From contig JBNGBT010000001.1 of the NCBI GenBank assembly GCA_049903315.1, forward strand, positions 192,001 through 256,000: 64,000 bases of DNA, in the 5' to 3' direction. Source of the stretch: Candidatus Cloacimonadota bacterium. GTDB lineage: Bacteria; Cloacimonadota; Cloacimonadia; JGIOTU-2. Shown one piece after another: positions 18,022 through 27,771 of this stretch; position 1 is the stretch's first letter; each line of letters begins with the position of its first letter. The notes under the pieces are model-generated. The model saw nothing but the letters and a program-made list of their open reading frames with translations. It did no database searches and was not told the DNA's origin. The translations under genes and the position numbers were made by a program.

Positions 18022-21000
18022 ATGCCAGAAACCAAACAGTGTCCATTTTGCTATGCAGAGATCCCAATCCATGCTCAAAAATGCCAGCATTGCGGAGAGT
18101 GGCTTTCTGATGAACATACACTTGGTCATACTACAATAATCTCGGCTTTTTCGTCCGAGTATGAGATAATAGAGGAAATCGGGCGCGGCGGCATGTCCAC
18201 GGTGTATAAAGCTCGCTATAAAAGATTGAATCGAATAGTTGCACTAAAAGTCATACCCAAAGCATTATCACATGATAAAGAGTATATCCAGCGGCTACAT
18301 CATGAAGCCAGAAATTCGGCACTTCTTATGCACGCTAACATTATTACTATTTTTGATGTTGGAGAAATGGGAGGATATCCTTTTATTTCAATGGAATATC
18401 TTGGTGGAAACACGCTTGCAAAATTAATCCGGGAGAAAGGACCTTTGCCCGAACAAAAAATCAAAGAGATCATTATACCTATTCTAGACGGACTACAACA
18501 TGCCCATTCAAAAGGAATAATACATCGAGATATTAAAAGTTCTAACATTATGTTCGATGAAACGGGAAGACCTGTATTGATGGATTTTGGGATTGCTAAG
18601 AGTAGTGAGGGGACTAAACTGACTCAAGCTGGAACTATTATAGGCACACCTGAGTTTATGAGTCCAGAGCAAGCTAATGCCGATGTTGATATAGATCACA
18701 GAACTGATATCTATTCTTTAGGTATCGTAATGTATGAAATGGCTACAGGAAGGCTGCCCTTCTTGAACGAAAATCCCTTTGCTGTTGTACATGATGTGTT
18801 GCATAAGCTACCATATGATCCAAGATTAATAAACAATTCAGTCTCTCTCTTTTTATCGAATGTCATCGGAAAAGCTGTCAATAAAGATCCTAAAAGAAGA
18901 TTCAAAACCTGTGGGGAGATGATACAAGTATTTGAAAAGACAAAAAAATATACCTTTACAAATGCCGATGTTGTATTTCGTGAAAAGAACAAAGTTAAGA
19001 AAACATCAAAAAAGGATTCAATCCAGATACCGAAAAGACTGATCTCAAATTTTATTATTATTGTTGGTATCCTATTGATTTTAATTATTGGATATATAGG
19101 CTATAATCATTTCTTTCCTTTAACCTCTATTCCAAGGGTGACCGGGCTTGATTATAAAGTTGGGATTATGCGTTTAAAATCTAATGGCTTTAGGCCTAAA
19201 GTAAGTAAATGGAAAAAAACGACAGATAAAAATAAATATGGGCTCATTTCGAATCAAATTCCACAAAATGGAGAGAAACGAAAAGGATCGAGTGTATATA
19301 TAGAGGTTTATAGAAAATACGTCTCAATTCCCAAACTTGATAACTTGTCAGCAAATCAAGCTACTGCTTCTCTTAAATCATTAGGTTTGAAAATAAGTAA
19401 GGTTAAATATTATTGGCATCCTACTATTCCAAAAGGTACTGCAATTGGGGTAGAAACTTCACAAAAAGAGCTTCCGGAGGGATCCACAGTTGTACTTAAG
19501 GTTTCAAATGGCGTAAAAAAAGAGCAGATACCAGATGTCATTGGTGACTCATATGTTAAAGCAAAGCGAGCTTTGCAAGAGCTAGGTTTTGTTATTAATG
19601 ATGTTAAAAGAATTGAAGATAAAAACGAGGATAAGGGTGATATAGTTCTCGGTATACAACCACAGTCTGGAGAATACCCCAGGGGTACAAAAATCGACCT
19701 TGTTCTTTCAAAAAAGATGGTAAAAGTACCTATCCTTAAGAAGCTCGATCTTGAAGTTGCGAAGAAGAAACTTGAGAAAGCCGGGCTTGACACGGGTTCT
19801 GTCACAAAGAAAATAAGTGATATTAATGAAAAGAATATAGTTATTTCTTATGAACCTAACGGAAGGGTCGCTTCCGGTTCAAAGGTGGATATGGTTATCA
19901 CATATGAGATGGTAAGTCTACCAGATCTCTCGGGACAGAACTATGAAACTGCAAAAAATAGATTACGAGGTCTTGGGCTTTATGCTTCAAAATCTCAGTA
20001 TGTAAAATCTGTATATGATGAACCTAATATAGTAGTTAGAACTAATCCTGGACCGGGTAGAGTGATCGAGGGAAGCACAATAGAATTATATCTCTCAGCT
20101 GCAATGGTAAATGTGCCTAATGTAGTGGGTCTCACATTATCGGAAGGAATGAATAAATTAGAGGGTGCAGGACTTCCTGTCGAAATGGGAGAGTATATAA
20201 AAAGTTATTCATATCCAGATGGCACTATTGCAGCTCAGTCAATACAGAATCAAAGGGTAATAACCGGCACAACCGTTAAACTGGATATATATAAGAAATA
20301 TGTTAAAATTCCGTATGTCCGAGGGCTAACACAAGATGAAGGTATTGATAAGATTCGTCAAGAGGGTTTGGATGTAACCGCAACAAAATTGACTTATGAT
20401 AATTCAATACCGATTAATCATGTTATAGGAATAGAAGGTCAAAAGGAAGAACTTCCAGACGGTTCAAAGATAGTAATTCTTGTTTCAAGAGGAGAAAAAA
20501 AAGAGGTTTATGTTGATGGTAAAACATTTACTATGGGAAATACAGATTTGAATGCTGCTAATGATGAGAAGCCAACCCATATTGTGTATCTTGGTGATTT
20601 CAATATTTGGAAGTATGAAATAACTAATCTGGAAGTTGCTACGATTTTTAACTGGGTTATGGATGAAAATCATCTTACTCATAACAATGGTAAATTATAT
20701 TCTATCGAAAATAAAACCCAATATTTAATTGATCTCAATGATAAAGATTGTAGATTAAAACTAGAGGGGAAAAATATCGCAGTAGAAGCAGGATTCGAAG
20801 ATCACCCTTGCGTAGAAATCACTCATTTTGGAGCTGCCGCATTCTGTAATTATTTAAGTATTCATGATGGCTTGAATCCATGTTATGATTTAACTAAGAC
20901 ACATTCTTGTAGATGGGATGAGAATGGGTATCGTCTTCCAACTGAAGCAGAATGGGAGTGTGCTGCTAAGATGGCTGAAAAAAATTCAACTACTCAACTA

Positions 21001-21336
21001 TATAATTATTCTGGTAGCAACAATATCAGTGAAATTGCCTGGTATGCCTCAAATGCCGGCCAGCATACACACGATATCGGACAGAAAATAGCCAATCAGC
21101 TTGGTCTTTATGATATGAGTGGTAATGTTTGGGAATGGTGCTGGGATTATTATGATGAAAATTATTACAGGAATAAAACAAAATATCATCCTACTGGTCC
21201 AACACAAGGTAATAGTTTTATAATACGTGGAGGTTCCTGGCAAACCGGCAGAGATGAATGTACTGTAACTAATCGAGGAAGTAATAAGGGAAATGGTGAT
21301 AAGGATATTGGATTTCGAATAGTAAGAAATCAGTAG
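18022..21336 (+). CDS. Ser/Thr kinase: zinc ribbon + kinase + TM + 7 PASTA + FGE-sulfatase (SUMF1) domain
   Basis: CPFC...CQHCG; IGRGGMSTVY, VALK, HRDIKSSN, DFG; seven V/IP-x-V/L-x-G/x starts of PASTA repeats; FTMG, YRLPTEAEWE, GLYDMSGNVWEW, RGGSW, IGFRIVR. Confidence 0.93.
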   Translation: MPETKQCPFCYAEIPIHAQKCQHCGEWLSDEHTLGHTTIISAFSSEYEIIEEIGRGGMSTVYKARYKRLNRIVALKVIPKALSHDKEYIQRLHHEARNSALLMHANIITIFDVGEMGGYPFISMEYLGGNTLAKLIREKGPLPEQKIKEIIIPILDGLQHAHSKGIIHRDIKSSNIMFDETGRPVLMDFGIAKSSEGTKLTQAGTIIGTPEFMSPEQANADVDIDHRTDIYSLGIVMYEMATGRLPFLNENPFAVVHDVLHKLPYDPRLINNSVSLFLSNVIGKAVNKDPKRRFKTCGEMIQVFEKTKKYTFTNADVVFREKNKVKKTSKKDSIQIPKRLISNFIIIVGILLILIIGYIGYNHFFPLTSIPRVTGLDYKVGIMRLKSNGFRPKVSKWKKTTDKNKYGLISNQIPQNGEKRKGSSVYIEVYRKYVSIPKLDNLSANQATASLKSLGLKISKVKYYWHPTIPKGTAIGVETSQKELPEGSTVVLKVSNGVKKEQIPDVIGDSYVKAKRALQELGFVINDVKRIEDKNEDKGDIVLGIQPQSGEYPRGTKIDLVLSKKMVKVPILKKLDLEVAKKKLEKAGLDTGSVTKKISDINEKNIVISYEPNGRVASGSKVDMVITYEMVSLPDLSGQNYETAKNRLRGLGLYASKSQYVKSVYDEPNIVVRTNPGPGRVIEGSTIELYLSAAMVNVPNVVGLTLSEGMNKLEGAGLPVEMGEYIKSYSYPDGTIAAQSIQNQRVITGTTVKLDIYKKYVKIPYVRGLTQDEGIDKIRQEGLDVTATKLTYDNSIPINHVIGIEGQKEELPDGSKIVILVSRGEKKEVYVDGKTFTMGNTDLNAANDEKPTHIVYLGDFNIWKYEITNLEVATIFNWVMDENHLTHNNGKLYSIENKTQYLIDLNDKDCRLKLEGKNIAVEAGFEDHPCVEITHFGAAAFCNYLSIHDGLNPCYDLTKTHSCRWDENGYRLPTEAEWECAAKMAEKNSTTQLYNYSGSNNISEIAWYASNAGQHTHDIGQKIANQLGLYDMSGNVWEWCWDYYDENYYRNKTKYHPTGPTQGNSFIIRGGSWQTGRDECTVTNRGSNKGNGDKDIGFRIVRNQ

Positions 21337-21346
21337 AAGGTGCTAC

Positions 21347-21547
21347 ATGGAAATTTTTCTAAAAATTATATTAAGTCTAATATTGGGAAACTGTATTATC
21401 CTAATTTCATGCACAAATGATCTAGTGGACTTTTCAGAGTTACAAATCCTGGACCAGCAGATACATGCGCCCTACAAAAAGATACCGGAGTATTCAGAAC
21501 AATATTTACCACACTATCCTTTGCTGCTATCGATGATACTGCGATAA
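21347..21547 (+). pseudogene. Short lipoprotein-like ORF, probably a truncated remnant
   Basis: RBS, hydrophobic signal ending LISC, then an early stop at 66 aa. Confidence 0.35.
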
Positions 21548-21625
21548 GAATTATGTTATTGAACGATCTAATAAATTGGTTAATTAATGAAAAATAATAA
21601 AAAAAAATTACTTTTGGAGGATCTC

Positions 21626-23557
21626 ATGAAAAAAATAATAATTGTTATTTTAATAGTATTAAATTTTGCACTACTGAAAGCAGAAACGGTCATTTTAAAA
21701 AACGATGAATCAATATATGGTAAGTTAGTAGGCAAGGCTGATAACATGATTTATTTAGAGTTAAACTATGCTAATGTTAAAATCCCATGGTCAAATATTA
21801 AACAAATTGATGGTTTTGCAGGTGAAATTACGAATGTTACATATAATAAAAAAGATTTTTTTAGGAGCGATCTTGATAAAGGCGAGTTCATTATGCTGGG
21901 TGAAATGTCTAAGCTCGAAAGGAATAAAGTCTGGGACACATCCATCTTTGGAAAAGAAAATTATATAAATGTTAAATTTAAAGTCAATGTAAAAGACTAT
22001 TATGTGAAAGTCAATGATAATGATCCACTCTTAATCAAGGAAAATTCGTTTGAAACCTTACTTAATAAAGACATTCCATATGTATTTAATTTTTACAAAG
22101 ATCGTTATGAAGATCATTATAAAGTAGTTACCTTAAATAAAGATGCAACAAAAGAAATACTTCTTAATTTCAATGGCGTTGAAAAACATTTCAATCTTCC
22201 CGGATATGTAACCATAGATTCATATCCTGAAAAGTCAATGATATATATTGATAATATTAAAATGGGATTTGCTCCCAAACAACTGCAAGTCACTTCAGGT
22301 GAGCATGCTCTAACCCTTCAAAAAGACTGGTATCAGCTTAAAAGACAGAAAATTATCGTAAAAGAGAAACAGACTTTGGATATTGGTACAGTTACTCTAA
22401 TTGAGGACTTTGGATATTTCTCAGTGACAACTGAACCCGAGGGAGCTGAAATACATTTAAACGATAAATATGTTGGATTGTCTCCTATTACAGAAAAGAA
22501 ATTAATTAGCGGTAATTATACAATTTCAGCTTTCTTAGACGATTATCATCCTAAAATTATAGCAATGACCCTGAAACGGTATGATGATATAACAATTCCT
22601 ATTGGTTTGGAACCAGCTTTTGGAAAACTTATCATAAAATCAACTTCCGTAAGCGATGCGTCCGTTTATATCAATGACGAATTAGTAGGTAAGACACCGT
22701 ACAATGATGTAAAATTTCCATCTGGCAAATATCTTATCAGCGTTGAAAAAGATAATTGGTTTGGAGAAGAGAGGGAAGTTGTAATAAAGGATGGTTGTAC
22801 AACAGAAGAGACTTTTAATCTATTTAAAAATTTCGGGAGAATTAGCGTTAATGCTCCTGGTTGTCAGATATATCTCGATGATGAGCTAATCGGCACTAAT
22901 TCTGTAGTTAAGGATGTCAAATCTGGTGATTATATTCTCAGAGCAACAAAAAAGGATCACTATGATGACAGTAAAGAGATTTCGATAGAAGCGAATGAAT
23001 CAAAGGAAATTCAGCTAAATCCACTTCCTATAATAGCGAGTCTTGATATACGAAGTGAACCTTATGCAACCAAGGGGGCGACTATCAAAATAGATGATAA
23101 AAACTGGCCTGAAGGAACACCTACAATAATAGAAACAACAATTGGGCAGCATAAAGTAAGTGTCAGTTATCCGGAATATATTACCCAAACGAAGAAGGTC
23201 GACTTGCAAAAAGGGGATTATAAGGAGTTGTTATTCAATATGACACTCTATAAAAACAGCGCAACATACAAATGGAAAAAATGGCGTACTTGGAAATGGT
23301 TATATTTTACTACAACTATAGTATGTTTGGGCACTGGCGGTGGATGTCATTATCTTGGAGAGCAAAATTACGACAAATATACTCATGCGACATCATCAAG
23401 TATAGCAGCAGTATATAAAGACAATTATGAAAAATGGTATAAATACAGAGATTACTCTTTTAAGATATCTATAGCTCCAGCCGTATTGTTCTTGTATAGT
23501 TGGATTAAAGAAGGCTATTATGCAGGAAAAGCTAAACATGAGATGGGAGATCAATAA
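21626..23557 (+). CDS. PEGA-repeat exported protein with C-terminal membrane hairpin
   Basis: GGAGG RBS; signal peptide; about five PEGA repeats (G-xx-I-S-PEGA-I-YLND...G-TP); C-terminal hydrophobic segments. Confidence 0.88.
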   Translation: MKKIIIVILIVLNFALLKAETVILKNDESIYGKLVGKADNMIYLELNYANVKIPWSNIKQIDGFAGEITNVTYNKKDFFRSDLDKGEFIMLGEMSKLERNKVWDTSIFGKENYINVKFKVNVKDYYVKVNDNDPLLIKENSFETLLNKDIPYVFNFYKDRYEDHYKVVTLNKDATKEILLNFNGVEKHFNLPGYVTIDSYPEKSMIYIDNIKMGFAPKQLQVTSGEHALTLQKDWYQLKRQKIIVKEKQTLDIGTVTLIEDFGYFSVTTEPEGAEIHLNDKYVGLSPITEKKLISGNYTISAFLDDYHPKIIAMTLKRYDDITIPIGLEPAFGKLIIKSTSVSDASVYINDELVGKTPYNDVKFPSGKYLISVEKDNWFGEEREVVIKDGCTTEETFNLFKNFGRISVNAPGCQIYLDDELIGTNSVVKDVKSGDYILRATKKDHYDDSKEISIEANESKEIQLNPLPIIASLDIRSEPYATKGATIKIDDKNWPEGTPTIIETTIGQHKVSVSYPEYITQTKKVDLQKGDYKELLFNMTLYKNSATYKWKKWRTWKWLYFTTTIVCLGTGGGCHYLGEQNYDKYTHATSSSIAAVYKDNYEKWYKYRDYSFKISIAPAVLFLYSWIKEGYYAGKAKHEMGDQ

Positions 23558-25611
23558 TGAGAAATAAAATATATCTTGTAGTAATATGCATTATTGTAAG
23601 TATTATCATAACTTGTAAATCAACAACACCTTCGAATCCCTATGATCCCGGGTTTGATTTACCAGCTCCTACTAATTTTTCAGTTGAACAGACTGGTATT
23701 ACAACGACATCATTAACTTGGACTGATAACGCAGAAGGAGAGCAAGGTTATAAGATAGACAGGAAAGTAGATAATGGGTCATGGGTTATCGGGTACGCGC
23801 AAGTTGGAGAAAATATCCTGCAAATCAATGATTTGGGATTAACCCCAGAAGAAACATATTCATATCGTATTTATACCTATGCTGGAGAAAACACATCAAC
23901 TAGTCAGGAACAATCAATCGAACTTGACTTCCCGAATCCAAGTAACTTTACTATTAACCAGGATGACGTACATTCATTTATTCTCAAATGGAACTATTCA
24001 TCAACATGGCCAGAAGGTTATAAAATTGACCGCAAGATCGACAGCGGAAGTTGGGAAAATGAATTGGTAGCTCTGGATGTAAATACGAAACAATGGACTG
24101 ATAACAGCATTGGAAGGTCATATAATATAGTGTATTACCGGGTGTATGCTTATTATTTAGACTATATTTCAAAGAAAATTGAAGTAAACAGCGACATAGA
24201 TTTTCCCCCACCCTCTTCTCTAACAATTAATCAAACTAATCCAACAACCTGCAAACTTGAATGGCAAGATAACTCAAGCGGAGAACAGGGTTTCTATATT
24301 GATAGAAAGATAAATGATGGTTCGTGGATTTTGGATTATGCAACAGTCGGAGAAAACATAGAGATCTATACTAATTCGGGTTTGATTCCTGACAATACTT
24401 ATTCGTATAGAGTATGTGCTTACTATGGAGACAACAATACACCAGGGGTTGAAGAAAGTATCTCAATAGTTTTTTATGCCCCGACTAATTTATCTATTGA
24501 ACAAACTGGTGATACATCATGTAAATTAACCTGGGATGACAATTCAAGTGGTGAACAAGGTTTTAAGATAGATAGAAAGGTGAATAGTGGTTCGTGGAGT
24601 TACCATGCACAGGTTGGAGGTAATGTTGAAGAACATTCTGCAACAGGTTTAACAGCAGGAAATTCTTACACATACAGAGTATATGCATATTATCAAAGCG
24701 TTGAAACTGATTGTTCGAATGAAGTAAATATAGATTTAGATGAGCCGTTAGGTTCTCTGTCAGGTTATGTACGTGAAGCAATTACCCAAAATCCAATACA
24801 AGGTGCACATGTTGAAATTGGAAGTTGGTCAGCTATTACGAATTTAAATGGTTATTATTTGATTACAGATATTACACCAGGTTCCTATACTGTAGTATGC
24901 TCAGCACGTTACTATATATCACAATCAGAAACGGTTGAAGTAAATGGGGGAGAAACTGCTTCTCAAAATTTCATTCTCTCTTACAGTACTGAGATTTTGT
25001 CATATTATTATGCAGTCGAAGATGCCATCGGTTTAATTAACGGTGGAACGATGATTGTTGCTGTAAGGTTTACTTCAGATGAACTTGCAGATTATTATGA
25101 AAACTTTTGTATTAAACAGGTAGCTTTGTATATCTGGGATTTACCTACTTATGCTGTTTTAAAGATATGGGAAGGGGGTAATTATGGTAATCCTGGGTCG
25201 GTAGTTTATTCTGAGAATATTACAAGTCAGTTGTCACAAGAAAGTTGGATTGGGGTTAACCTTTCAGAGTTAATTGATCTTGTATCACAAAAGGAATATT
25301 GGGTAGGTTACGAAGTTATACACGAAGCGGATATTCATCCAGCGGGATCTGATATAGGTCCAGTGGTAGATGGAAAAGGTGACTGGATTTATATTAATGA
25401 TACATGGGATGAACTCCAAAATTACGGTTTCGAATTTAACTGGGCAATTAAAGCTATACTCATGGGGAATGCTGACAAAAACAACAATGAGTGTATTACA
25501 AAAAATTATAGTATTGAAATTATTAATAATGGCAGAAAAAAGAAAAACACAAATCAATTCAGTTCGAAAAAACAGGAAGATCTTAAATATGAGCTCTTAA
25601 ATAACAAATAA
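23557..25611 (+). CDS. Lipoprotein with four FN3-like repeats, a carboxypeptidase-regulatory-like domain and a C-terminal beta domain
   Basis: Lipobox IITC; repeated APTN...LTWTDN-EGEQG(Y/F)KIDRK...YRVYAY; GSLSGYVRE...TNLNGYYLI. Confidence 0.82.
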   Translation: MRNKIYLVVICIIVSIIITCKSTTPSNPYDPGFDLPAPTNFSVEQTGITTTSLTWTDNAEGEQGYKIDRKVDNGSWVIGYAQVGENILQINDLGLTPEETYSYRIYTYAGENTSTSQEQSIELDFPNPSNFTINQDDVHSFILKWNYSSTWPEGYKIDRKIDSGSWENELVALDVNTKQWTDNSIGRSYNIVYYRVYAYYLDYISKKIEVNSDIDFPPPSSLTINQTNPTTCKLEWQDNSSGEQGFYIDRKINDGSWILDYATVGENIEIYTNSGLIPDNTYSYRVCAYYGDNNTPGVEESISIVFYAPTNLSIEQTGDTSCKLTWDDNSSGEQGFKIDRKVNSGSWSYHAQVGGNVEEHSATGLTAGNSYTYRVYAYYQSVETDCSNEVNIDLDEPLGSLSGYVREAITQNPIQGAHVEIGSWSAITNLNGYYLITDITPGSYTVVCSARYYISQSETVEVNGGETASQNFILSYSTEILSYYYAVEDAIGLINGGTMIVAVRFTSDELADYYENFCIKQVALYIWDLPTYAVLKIWEGGNYGNPGSVVYSENITSQLSQESWIGVNLSELIDLVSQKEYWVGYEVIHEADIHPAGSDIGPVVDGKGDWIYINDTWDELQNYGFEFNWAIKAILMGNADKNNNECITKNYSIEIINNGRKKKNTNQFSSKKQEDLKYELLNNK

Positions 25612-25620
25612 GGATTGACC

Positions 25621-27762
25621 ATGAACATTTTTAAATATCTGATTGTTTTATTATTGGTGAATATTTTATTTTTAGCAAAATGCACCACCCCCGAAACCAC
25701 AAATCCCTATGATCCTGGCTATGAGTTGCCAGCTCCAAGCAATTTTGATATTGCGCAGGAAACACTAACCTCCTGTGCCCTTACCTGGACTGATAATGCA
25801 GAAGGAGAGGAAGGATATAGGATAGAGAGAAAATCAGAGCAACGTAAGATATCTACTCAAAAAGGAAAATGTGAGACTAAAGGAGATTGGGAAAGATTAG
25901 TAGAATTAGATCCTAACACAGAACAGTTCCCGGATGAAGATGTGATGCCGGGTTATACCTATATCTACAGAGTGTATGCCTTTGCAGGGGAGAATGAATC
26001 CAATAAGCTTGAGAAAGAATTTATAGTTCAGTTCAATGCACCTAGTGGATTTAATGTTAAGCAGACAAGTCTTAGCTCATGTAAACTAAACTGGAATGAC
26101 AATTCTGAAGGAGAGTATGGCTTTATTATTGATAGAAAAGTAGATGGTGGATTCTGGGAAATAGGTTATGCAGATGTAGAAGAGAATATTAACGAATTTG
26201 ATGATACAGAGGTTTTACCTGAATCAATTTATACATATCGTATATATGGTTTTATCGAAGGGGCTACCTCGAGTAAGATAGAAAGTTCAGCAGAAATTAT
26301 ATTTGCAGAACCTACAGACCTATATATCTCACAGGATAATGTGCACACCTTTATCTTAACCTGGAACTATCCAACGGACTGGCCAGAAGGATACAAGATA
26401 GATAGAAAGATAGATGATGGAGAATGGGAGCAAGAGATAGGGCTGGTTAATGATGTATTAATAACTTTATGGGCTGATGATACTGTTGGAAGAAACTACA
26501 CTACGGTTTATTATAGGATGTATGCATACTGGAATGATTATACCTCAAACAAAGTTGAAGGTAATAGTAACATAGAGTTTGATGCTCCTACGAATTTAAA
26601 TTATGACAAGGTAACAATAAATTCAATAAAACTATCCTGGCAAGATAACAGTGATGGAGAGAGTGGATTTAAGATAGACAAAAAGGTTGGGGCTTCTAGT
26701 TGGGTAGAGGAATATGGTGAAGTAAGTGAGAATGATACTACCTGGACAGATATTGATGTAGAGGTCAATGAGGATTTACAGTATAGTGTATATGCCTATT
26801 GTGGAGATAACACATCTAATTCGATAGAGACTGATCTGATAGATAATACGATCCCAGCACCCGAAAACTTATCCTATGAAATCGAGAATGGTAATGATGT
26901 TCATTTGTATTGGGAATATACAACGTCTGGTATAGACGGATTTACATTAGAGCGGAAAGTTGATGATGAGTCCTGGGCTATGTTAGTAAATAATCTCTCT
27001 CCTGATTTGCGAGAATATCTTGATGAGGAGATTAGTATGGAAGATCATTATTCCTATAGAGTATTAGCATATTATGGTAATTATGAACCTTCTTATTCTA
27101 TAGAAATAGTGGTTAATTCTATTCCAACAAATGGACTAGTAGCATATTATCCTTTTAACGGTAATGCAAATGATGAAAGCGGGAATGGTCATAATGGTGA
27201 TTCCCAACCAAATGTTGATTTTTCAGCTGTCGATAGATTTGGAAACTCTAATAGTGCTATCTACATTGGTTCAAGTTATATCACTATTCCTGAAAATGTT
27301 GATTTAAATCTTCAAAGTCATACTATTTCAGCTTGGTCAAAATTCGAAAATGGGCATACAGGTTCTTTGGGAGGGATTTTCAATAACGGTTACAATTATG
27401 ATCATTATGCATTATGTGGAAACAATAGTCTTATTAGATCTTGGATAAATTATCCCAATAGTCCTGATGATGAACATATTTTCAATACAACAATTTTGGA
27501 AGATGAAGAATACCATCATTTGGCAGCAACTTATAATTTTGAGATTAGAACCTTATGGATAGATGGAAATTTAGTAAGTACCATGGTTTTCAATGAAACA
27601 ATTAATTATTCAAATAGTGAAAATTGTTATATTGGAATTAATTTTCCTGGAGGTGATGATTGGTTTCCTGGTTATTTAGACGACATTCGTATATACAATC
27701 GAGCCTTAACTGAACAAGAGATTCAGTCCTTATACCATGAAGGTGGTTGGGGATATAAATAG
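25621..27762 (+). CDS. Lipoprotein with five FN3-like repeats and a C-terminal LamG domain
   Basis: Signal ending LAKC; NPYDPG N-terminus shared with the previous gene; GLVAYYPFNGNANDESGN...DDIRIYNRAL. Confidence 0.85.
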   Translation: MNIFKYLIVLLLVNILFLAKCTTPETTNPYDPGYELPAPSNFDIAQETLTSCALTWTDNAEGEEGYRIERKSEQRKISTQKGKCETKGDWERLVELDPNTEQFPDEDVMPGYTYIYRVYAFAGENESNKLEKEFIVQFNAPSGFNVKQTSLSSCKLNWNDNSEGEYGFIIDRKVDGGFWEIGYADVEENINEFDDTEVLPESIYTYRIYGFIEGATSSKIESSAEIIFAEPTDLYISQDNVHTFILTWNYPTDWPEGYKIDRKIDDGEWEQEIGLVNDVLITLWADDTVGRNYTTVYYRMYAYWNDYTSNKVEGNSNIEFDAPTNLNYDKVTINSIKLSWQDNSDGESGFKIDKKVGASSWVEEYGEVSENDTTWTDIDVEVNEDLQYSVYAYCGDNTSNSIETDLIDNTIPAPENLSYEIENGNDVHLYWEYTTSGIDGFTLERKVDDESWAMLVNNLSPDLREYLDEEISMEDHYSYRVLAYYGNYEPSYSIEIVVNSIPTNGLVAYYPFNGNANDESGNGHNGDSQPNVDFSAVDRFGNSNSAIYIGSSYITIPENVDLNLQSHTISAWSKFENGHTGSLGGIFNNGYNYDHYALCGNNSLIRSWINYPNSPDDEHIFNTTILEDEEYHHLAATYNFEIRTLWIDGNLVSTMVFNETINYSNSENCYIGINFPGGDDWFPGYLDDIRIYNRALTEQEIQSLYHEGGWGYK

Positions 27763-27771
27763 GAGATACTC

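Noticed and set aside
21100..21336. FGE-sulfatase C-terminus as a diversity-generating retroelement target
   Set aside because: No reverse transcriptase and no near-identical template repeat were seen in the window. A remote DGR cannot be excluded without a genome search.
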